Source: Acidobacteriota bacterium (GTDB lineage Bacteria > Acidobacteriota > Thermoanaerobaculia > Gp7-AA8). Taken from it: a stretch of 64,000 nt of DNA. Position 1 is the stretch's first letter, and every line of letters begins with the position of its first letter. Under the pieces are notes generated by a model. The model made no database searches, was not told where the DNA came from, and saw nothing but the letters and a program-made list of their open reading frames with translations. Positions 57,335 to 64,000 of this stretch are shown piece by piece. The stretch lies in NCBI GenBank assembly GCA_019244185.1, contig JAFATB010000014.1, positions 672,001 through 736,000 of the forward strand. Reading direction: 5' to 3'. The translations under genes were made by a program, and so were the position numbers.

Positions 57335-60300
57335 CAGTTTTCTCCTGTATGGTTGGGCCGAAACGGAGATGAAGCCTGCCCCACGATTTGGTATGGAGCC
57401 CACGCGAACACCCAGTGAAATCCGGCGTCGTCGTGCTTTCGTATCTGGATCTGCGCCAGCCGCAGCGCATCGTCGGCGTCGAGTCCGTCTCGGTAATATT
57501 GATGGAAGGCGACGAGCAACTCCTCGGACGGAGCATCGCCGACGTCCCACAGACTGCCGACGACGGCTGGGACGCCGGCGGTAATGAACGGTCGCACCAA
57601 CGGCGCGAGGCCTTCCGGGCCGATCGGTACACCTCCCGTGCTGCTGCATGCGGACAGCACGACAAGGCGTGTATGACCGGTCCGGAACCGGGTGAGTAAT
57701 TCCTGCGCGTCGATCGTGCTGAGGTGATCGTGCGAAGGCGCCAGCAGCATCAGCGAACGGAACGGCATTTCGGGCCGAGCGACCGCGTGAGCTGCGACGT
57801 GAACGATGGCCGCGTCGGGTGCCAGGTCGAAGAAACGTGGTGCGGTCGCGTCCTTGTCGACCAGGACTTGAACCGCGGGGGCATACAAAGGAGCGATACG
57901 GCGGACCTCACTACGGCCGCGCGGCAGCCGATCAAGACCGCGCGTGGCGTTGGACGGCACGAAAGCTGGGTCACCGATGAGTATCGCGGAACGGCGCCCG
58001 TCAACGGCGAGCTCACGGTCCCGTAATATCGAATAGATGTAAAGCGTTCCGCTTGCCGCGATCGAGAGCCGATGATTTTCAATCAGGTACGGGCTGTCGC
58101 CGTCGGATCGCAGGGCGGCGAACGGCAGCCCATGCATCGGGCCATCGGGACTGAACACGAGGCGGGCGTCAGCGGTGTGGGGAATGCTGGCCAACACTTC
58201 CAGCGGGCCGCTGACCAAGGCGTGGTGTACATCGCAGAGTGTCGTTTCGAAACCGTCGATGTTCTGTTCGCGGGCGTCCGCGCGCAGCTTGTCGTTCCAC
58301 GATTCGATCGCCTTTTTGTGCACCGGCAGCGTCAGCATCTCGAAGGTGCGCCGGGAGACGATCCATACATAGGTGCGATCGTCGAGAACGGAGTACTCCA
58401 ACAGGAACGTATCTGCTGGAAGGCTCGATTGGATTTCTTCGAGCGCCAGCGACCGGCCGTCGTGTGTCCAACGACGAAATGCCTGCGTGGTCAGGGTGTC
58501 GAGTTGCAGAACGAGATGGAGCGGCTCGTAAGCGCGCGCCTGTTCGGCGAACGTGAATGCTTCCTGTTTCCGGTTGTCATCCGCGAGAAGACGGATCAGT
58601 CGTTGATACGTTTCTTGGGAACGGGAGAAGTACGCGCTCCAGAATTCTTCGCTGCTTCCTCGCCGGCGGCGATCCAGCAGGCCATCCTCTTCGGCACGCA
58701 ATTCGGCAATCGCGGCTCGGAGATCGCGTTCGGAGTCGGCGCGACGATTCTCGTGACGAAATGCTTCCGCCCGTCCCATCAGCAGTTCCGCGCGAAACGT
58801 CCGAAAGGGCGTTTCGGACGCCAGCCGGAACGCATCGGTGAATGCGGTGACGGCCTGTCCGAACCTCTCTTCGCCGAGTGCCGCGTCCCCCTCGACTCCT
58901 TTGATGCGCGCCAGTAGCGCCTGGCGGACGCCCTGGTCGTCCTTCGCCGTGCCTTCGCTGATGAAACGGAACGCTTCGGACAGATCGCGGTCCGCTTGGC
59001 GGTAATCATTCAACCGGATGTGAACGGCTGCCATACCTCGCAGCGCGATGCCGAGATTGCGGTGCAAGGCGACGATGCGGTCGGAGTCGGTGGAAGGCGT
59101 TTCTGCGAGCCGATCCTGAAAAAGCTGAACTGCTGCTGTCTGGTAGAGCAGGGCGATCTTCGGACAGTCCAGAGCCGTTGCAGCTTCCGCGGTTTCGCCG
59201 AGGAATTCATGACGCGATGGCGCTTCGACGAAACGCGCCTGATCGCGGCTTGCGAGAAACGACTCGGTCCATGCTTGTTCGGGATCGCCGAGAGTTCGAA
59301 GGATGCCGATCTTTCGCGTGTGCGCATTCGCCACGTTTTCGGCGTCGCCCATCCGGGCGAAGGCTTCGATCGCCGCGTCATACCGATCGAGTGCCTCGAT
59401 GAAGCGGCTTTGGTAGGTATAGAGATACGCCTGATTGGAACGCGCGCGACCGAGGACGTACCAATAGTCGTTCGCATGTGCATGCGCTTCCACGGGCTCG
59501 AGTAAAGCCATCGCCTCGGCGAACTGGTTCCGAAACGAGAGCGCAATCGCACGGGCCATCGTGGCGCTGCACGCCAGTTCGCTTTTCGCGTCTGTGAGGA
59601 GTTGCTGCGCTCGCGCGAACGTACGTTCCGCTCGCTCCGCACCGATTGCGCGTTCGGTTCGTCTCGCATCCCCGTACGCCGCGTGACCGCGCCGGAGTCG
59701 ACCGAGCATCACTTCGTCCTTTGCGCGCTCGACCTCGTGAATGCGCTCGACGATCCTCAACAGATAACGGTCGCCCGTCCCGATAGTGAGGGTCTGCGCA
59801 ATCGCGTCTGCGATCGCCAGTTGACGTTGCGCGGTACCAGCATCACCGGACGCGGCTGCCGCCGCCCACGCCGGCAAAACCTCTTCCTCGACGTAACGGT
59901 GCGCCGCGCCGCGGAAGGGGTCGATGAGACTTGCGAGCGCCTTGCGGTCTCCCGCCGCGACGACGGCTTCGATGCGCTCTTGATTGCGCGGCCACTGCGA
60001 GGCTGCGGCTCTCGATGCATCTCGTCTCAGCGCGCTCCAGTGCTCGTCTGCCTCACGCGTCCAACCGGACCGAGAGCCGCGGCGCAACTGGTCCCATTGC
60101 TCCTCTGCTTCCTTCGGTAGACCGACTTGTTCGAGGGCGAGCGCACGGTTGAATCGCGCTTCGGTCAGTTGCGGGTCCCGCGCAATCGCCGCCTCTGCCG
60201 CATCGAGCGAGCGAAGAAGATCCGACGGCCGGTCGTCGCGTTCCGCGCGCAGTGCATAAGCGGCAGCGAGGTCGCTCCAGAGGCGTCCGGCCTGTGGCTG

Positions 60301-60666
60301 TTGTTCGGCGAGCGTTCGTAGCCGCCGGATTGCTGCATCGGTGCAACGTGGTGCAGCAACGAGTGTGCGAAGTGTTTCCTCGTGATTGCCGATCATGTCG
60401 TCGCAGTCTTTGCCGCCAACAGACACGGGTGCATTGGCAATGTGAGACGCGCAGGCCGCTTCCTGGACGATATGCCCGGGCCGGAGCGAAACAGTGCAGG
60501 GCGACCATTCCGGCGCATCGGTCAGCCGTGCCAGAGTGCGCCGCGCAGCGACCGGACGCCGTGGCGCGTTGGACGATACGTTCGTCTCGCGGCCGCACGA
60601 AGCGGCGACACACAGAACGAAGACGGTGGCGACTCTCGCCACGGTGGAACGCGACTTTTCGAGCAT
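57334..60666 (-). CDS. Lipoprotein TPR + CHAT protease
   Basis: Lipobox VAASC; EARFNRALALE TPR; PDGPMHGLPFAAL, VHVAAHA, VLSACSS, GSLWDVGD and WAPYQIVG. Confidence 0.92.
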   Translation of the reverse strand: MLEKSRSTVARVATVFVLCVAASCGRETNVSSNAPRRPVAARRTLARLTDAPEWSPCTVSLRPGHIVQEAACASHIANAPVSVGGKDCDDMIGNHEETLRTLVAAPRCTDAAIRRLRTLAEQQPQAGRLWSDLAAAYALRAERDDRPSDLLRSLDAAEAAIARDPQLTEARFNRALALEQVGLPKEAEEQWDQLRRGSRSGWTREADEHWSALRRDASRAAASQWPRNQERIEAVVAAGDRKALASLIDPFRGAAHRYVEEEVLPAWAAAAASGDAGTAQRQLAIADAIAQTLTIGTGDRYLLRIVERIHEVERAKDEVMLGRLRRGHAAYGDARRTERAIGAERAERTFARAQQLLTDAKSELACSATMARAIALSFRNQFAEAMALLEPVEAHAHANDYWYVLGRARSNQAYLYTYQSRFIEALDRYDAAIEAFARMGDAENVANAHTRKIGILRTLGDPEQAWTESFLASRDQARFVEAPSRHEFLGETAEAATALDCPKIALLYQTAAVQLFQDRLAETPSTDSDRIVALHRNLGIALRGMAAVHIRLNDYRQADRDLSEAFRFISEGTAKDDQGVRQALLARIKGVEGDAALGEERFGQAVTAFTDAFRLASETPFRTFRAELLMGRAEAFRHENRRADSERDLRAAIAELRAEEDGLLDRRRRGSSEEFWSAYFSRSQETYQRLIRLLADDNRKQEAFTFAEQARAYEPLHLVLQLDTLTTQAFRRWTHDGRSLALEEIQSSLPADTFLLEYSVLDDRTYVWIVSRRTFEMLTLPVHKKAIESWNDKLRADAREQNIDGFETTLCDVHHALVSGPLEVLASIPHTADARLVFSPDGPMHGLPFAALRSDGDSPYLIENHRLSIAASGTLYIYSILRDRELAVDGRRSAILIGDPAFVPSNATRGLDRLPRGRSEVRRIAPLYAPAVQVLVDKDATAPRFFDLAPDAAIVHVAAHAVARPEMPFRSLMLLAPSHDHLSTIDAQELLTRFRTGHTRLVVLSACSSTGGVPIGPEGLAPLVRPFITAGVPAVVGSLWDVGDAPSEELLVAFHQYYRDGLDADDALRLAQIQIRKHDDAGFHWVFAWAPYQIVGQASSPFRPNHTGEN

Positions 60667-60743
60667 CAGAACTCCCTGCGGATGGACCCTTGCCTCACGG
60701 CCGTCTTTACTGAGAGAAGGAGTTCGCTAATGATATTCGACGA

Positions 60744-61316
60744 ATGCACATCGGCGGCTGGAGTGCGGGCGGACGGATCCCTTCCTTCGAGGACTTGTAT
60801 CAGCGGTACTACCGTCGCGTCGTGTCGTACGTGATGAACTGCAGATTCTCACGCGACGATGCGCAGGAACTCACACAAGAGATCTTCATCCGTGTCTTAA
60901 CCCACATGGATACGTATCGGGGCGACTCCGAGTGGAACTTCATCCAGACCACGGCCCGCCGCCACGTATCCAACGAGATCCGGCGCCTCCACGCGAAGAA
61001 GCGCGAAGCCGTCATGTCTGCGGTTCACGAGCTGGCCCACGACCTCGAAGACAAGGCGCTTCCCGCGGATTTGAAGATCGAGCGGCATGAAGCGATGGCG
61101 GATCGGCAACGGAAGTTGCGAGCAGCGATCGCGCAGCTACCGCCAGGGAGCAGACATGCGTTTATCCTGCGGATGAAGGGGAAAACCTATAAAGAGATCG
61201 CGCACATTTGCGGGATCACGGACGTTGCGGCTCGGGCACGTTTCCACGAGGCTCGCGTCCGACTGAAGGCACAAGTCGGCGAGGACCCGCCGGGAGGCGA
61301 CGATGACAAAGAATGA
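60744..61316 (+). CDS. ECF RNA polymerase sigma factor
   Basis: FEDLYQRYY, DAQELTQEIFIRV, AIAQLPPGSRHAFILR..GKTYKEIA. Confidence 0.9.
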   Translation: MHIGGWSAGGRIPSFEDLYQRYYRRVVSYVMNCRFSRDDAQELTQEIFIRVLTHMDTYRGDSEWNFIQTTARRHVSNEIRRLHAKKREAVMSAVHELAHDLEDKALPADLKIERHEAMADRQRKLRAAIAQLPPGSRHAFILRMKGKTYKEIAHICGITDVAARARFHEARVRLKAQVGEDPPGGDDDKE

Positions 61317-62049
61317 TTGGCACGAGGCGGTGCAGGCGGTCTCGGATGCAGAACTGGCGTCCCTGGGTGAGCCGCCAACCGATGAGGAGGTGCTCGCCTT
61401 TTCGCGCGGAGAACTGACCGGTGTAGCGGAGGCGCGCGTTCGCGAGTACCTCGTCCATGTTCCTGAACTACTCGACGCGTTGACGGCGCCGTTCCCTCCC
61501 GAGGATGCTCCGTCTGTCCTAACGGACGCGGAGGTTGCAGGGGATTGGAAGCGGATACGTGCGCCGATCAAGCCGGCCCGCCCGTGGTACATCCGAAAAG
61601 GATGGGCGATCGCAGCATCCGTGACGGCACTCGCTCTGGGAGGCTTGCTCATGGAATCGCATCAGACGAATCGCAGACTCGAGCACGAGTTGGCGGAACC
61701 TCGCACGAATCTGGACAACCGTCTGCTCCTGCCCGATGGTGAGCGCGGCCTCGGCGAAGACCGAGCGGCGACGCTGCCGGGCGGCAACGCCGATTTCGTG
61801 TTTGCCGCAGCTCTCATCAACGCGCCACGGTACGACGCCTATGCCGTCGCGTTGCTGGATCTCGCGACCACGCCGTCACGGCTGCTGTACAGCGCCAATG
61901 GGTTGCGGCGCCATACGGACAACACCTTGACCATCTTCGTTCCGCGTGCCTTTCTCCCGGCCGGCCGCTATAGACTCGTGATTTACGGCCTCCAAGAGTC
62001 GCGCCGCGACGTCCTCGCTACCTACACGCTGCGAGTACCGCGCAACTGA
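61303..62049 (+). CDS. Putative anti-sigma factor (degenerate ZAS, single TM, C-terminal beta domain)
   Basis: PTDEEVLAFSRGEL...VREYLVHVPEL resembles ZAS without the Cys residues; TM WAIAASVTALALGGLL; overlaps the sigma stop. Confidence 0.7.
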   Translation: MTKNDWHEAVQAVSDAELASLGEPPTDEEVLAFSRGELTGVAEARVREYLVHVPELLDALTAPFPPEDAPSVLTDAEVAGDWKRIRAPIKPARPWYIRKGWAIAASVTALALGGLLMESHQTNRRLEHELAEPRTNLDNRLLLPDGERGLGEDRAATLPGGNADFVFAAALINAPRYDAYAVALLDLATTPSRLLYSANGLRRHTDNTLTIFVPRAFLPAGRYRLVIYGLQESRRDVLATYTLRVPRN

Positions 62050-62090
62050 GGCGGCGCCGGGTCGCCGAGTGACGGCGCCCGGCGCATCGG

Positions 62091-62792
62091 TCAGTTGAAG
62101 AAGCGGATGAATGGATCGTCGCTCAAAAGCCACCCACCTACCACGCGTGTCGCCCAGATTGCTGCGAGCAGCATGACGGCGATGACCGTTGGGGCGAAAC
62201 GCTGCGGAATGTGCGCGAGCTGCGTGCAGCCCGTGAACAGAATCGACAGCATGTACGTCCATGCGAAGAGGCTCACCAGCGCCACCGTCTGGAAGTTCGC
62301 AATGCCCAGCAGCGCCGCGATGATGAACACGATACTGAATGGTTGAAGGGCCACCCCGCACGACAGCAGATCTGCTCCGAACGCGCCGTCGGCGCGGAAC
62401 GCCTTTCGAGCTCCGGCGCTGACGCCCGCCATCGCGGCAAACGGCACGAGTCCGACGACCGTCATGCCGAGCAGCAGCTTGGCGATGCCGTTGAACCCGA
62501 TGTGCGACGCGGTGATCGCGCTCGCGATCCCGACGGCTAGCGCAAATGCGACGCCGAGAGCGATGCCCGCCGCGCGGGCCCGCTCCTCGCCGAGCGTCGC
62601 GTACGACCTCGTCAAGCCGCCGATCGGATCCGAGGTGATCTGGCGAATCGCCGTGAATGCATCACCGGACGCCGACTGAATGATTCGCCGCGCATCGGCC
62701 GCTGAAAACACCGGCTGATTGGATTTGCCACAGTGCACGCATGCGGCCAGTGTGCTGCCTTCGTTCGCCATCCCACAATTTACACAGAACAT
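62091..62792 (-). CDS. Zinc-ribbon multi-pass (Yip1-like) membrane protein
   Basis: MFCVNCG...CVHCG followed by about 5 TM segments; GAGGAGG RBS. Confidence 0.7.
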   Translation of the reverse strand: MFCVNCGMANEGSTLAACVHCGKSNQPVFSAADARRIIQSASGDAFTAIRQITSDPIGGLTRSYATLGEERARAAGIALGVAFALAVGIASAITASHIGFNGIAKLLLGMTVVGLVPFAAMAGVSAGARKAFRADGAFGADLLSCGVALQPFSIVFIIAALLGIANFQTVALVSLFAWTYMLSILFTGCTQLAHIPQRFAPTVIAVMLLAAIWATRVVGGWLLSDDPFIRFFN

Positions 62793-62802
62793 TGTTTCCT
62801 CC

Positions 62803-63498
62803 TCAGATTTGTGCCGCGGGTGCCCCTGTGCCACAATCCGCACAGAATCGGGCACCACGGACGAGTGGTGCATGACAGGTTGCGCAGGCGGGCCGTGAAT
62901 CGGCTCCATGCTTCCGGCGCGCGATCAGAAGCGCCAATCCGGCGATCGTCGCCACGATGATCAGAGTGCTTGCCGCGCGTGAAAACGGAATGGCGTAGCC
63001 CCCTGCGGTGATATGGATTGAGCCGCCGGTCGTCGCATCCCAGCGCACTCGTGAGCCGTCGATCTCGCCGTGGTCGCTGGCGCTGATCTTTCCCGGCATC
63101 GTCACGGCAATATGCCGTTTGAACGAGCCGTAGCCGACCGGCTGCAGCGTTGCATCCAGCCGGTATTCGCGTCTCAGCCATCCCATTTTGGTGATCGTCA
63201 GTGCAAATCGGCTATTGCTGTCGTTGAGAGCCGTGACGTCGGTAAAGTCTTTGCGGAGAATGGCGAAGCGATCTTTCCCTGCTCGTCCTTCTTCCACGAC
63301 CGTAAAGCCTTCTTTTGCGGCATCCGTCCGGACGGTTCCCAAGTCGCTGGCGAGATCCTCCGGGATCGTGATCTTCAATCGGTAGGTGCCGGAGCCGTCG
63401 GCATTGATACGCAGGTCCTCATCGATCGCGCACGCGAAGAAGAGGAGAGAAAGCAAAGCGGCGAATGCTGCGACGCGTGACGGTCTCGCATGGTTCAT
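62803..63498 (-). CDS. LppM-like lipoprotein with TM and C-terminal zinc ribbon
   Basis: Lipobox LFFAC; LRINADGSG and VTMPGKI; TM, then CATC...FCADCG. Confidence 0.65.
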   Translation of the reverse strand: MNHARPSRVAAFAALLSLLFFACAIDEDLRINADGSGTYRLKITIPEDLASDLGTVRTDAAKEGFTVVEEGRAGKDRFAILRKDFTDVTALNDSNSRFALTITKMGWLRREYRLDATLQPVGYGSFKRHIAVTMPGKISASDHGEIDGSRVRWDATTGGSIHITAGGYAIPFSRAASTLIIVATIAGLALLIARRKHGADSRPACATCHAPLVRGARFCADCGTGAPAAQI

Positions 63499-63648
63499 TT
63501 GCGTCTCCGAATTGAGGTGTTCGTCCGCTACAGACACGGTCTTCCGTCACTTGTTAGGGAACTGAATCCAACATTCGCGATCGAGGTGTGTCTATCGCCT
63601 CCAAAGCCCGGAAATCACAGGGAAACGCCTCAACGGGTCGGAGGAGGC

Positions 63649-64000
63649 ATGCTCGGTCGCCGTATCGGTAGTTGGATTCTCGAAAAGGAGATTGGCCGCG
63701 GCGGAATGGGCGCGGTCTACAAGGCCCGGCACTTCTCGTTGAGCACGGAAGCCGCGGTGAAAGTGTTGTCGCCGGGGTTGGAATCCGCCGAAGGATTCCG
63801 GCAGCGCTTCCGGCGGGAAGCCGAACTGCAATCGCAACTCCGCCATCCGAACATCGCGCGAGTGCTCGATTACCTCGAGCAAGACGGTCATTGGTACCTG
63901 GTGATCGAGTATCTGGAGCGAGGCAGCTTGTCGGATCGGCTGGCCGACGGGGAGGTCATCCCGCGAGCCCAAGCTATCGCTTGGATGCGAGAAGCGCTGG
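63649..64000 (+). CDS. Hanks-type Ser/Thr protein kinase (runs off window end)
   Basis: Not in the ORF track. GGAGGAGG RBS; manual translation MLGRRIGSWILEKEIGRGGMGAVYKA...AAVKVL...RFRREAE...LRHPNIARVLD...YLVIEYLERGSL. Confidence 0.92.
   Translation, partial: MLGRRIGSWILEKEIGRGGMGAVYKARHFSLSTEAAVKVLSPGLESAEGFRQRFRREAELQSQLRHPNIARVLDYLEQDGHWYLVIEYLERGSLSDRLADGEVIPRAQAIAWMREAL

Noticed and set aside
50810-62049. Type III-E CRISPR (Craspase) or gasdermin locus
   Set aside because: No Cas7-11, array or recognisable gasdermin; the CHAT proteins carry export signals. Only the analogy is kept.

Overview
High-GC bacterial DNA. An ADOP-type duplicated ABC permease, several TPR-CHAT/ECF loci and SBBP/PKD/FG-GAP secreted proteins suggest Acidobacteriota, possibly Thermoanaerobaculia (inference). 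Bases 1-38.4 kb are mostly host-like genes: peptidases, transporters, tRNA-Lys/tRNA-Glu, secreted repeat proteins, a first divergent TPR-CHAT / ECF sigma / anti-sigma triad, a cI/Cro-like regulator pair whose S24 domain looks catalytically dead, and an ABC operon with an embedded STAS protein. From about 38.45 kb to the end, codon usage is visibly less GC-biased. This part holds the main candidate system, a tightly packed 11-gene, ~22 kb minus-strand operon (60666->38473). Its order is lipoprotein TPR-CHAT, unknown protein, exported caspase, exported TPR-CHAT, vWA membrane protein, tubulin/FtsZ-like GTPase, vWA membrane protein, two coiled-coil membrane proteins, vWA-like lipoprotein, and a membrane protein with a histone-fold-like segment. 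It is divergent from a second ECF sigma/anti-sigma pair, followed by zinc-ribbon membrane proteins and a Ser/Thr kinase. No CRISPR array, integrase or transposase was seen. All family calls come from reading motifs by eye; no searches were run.
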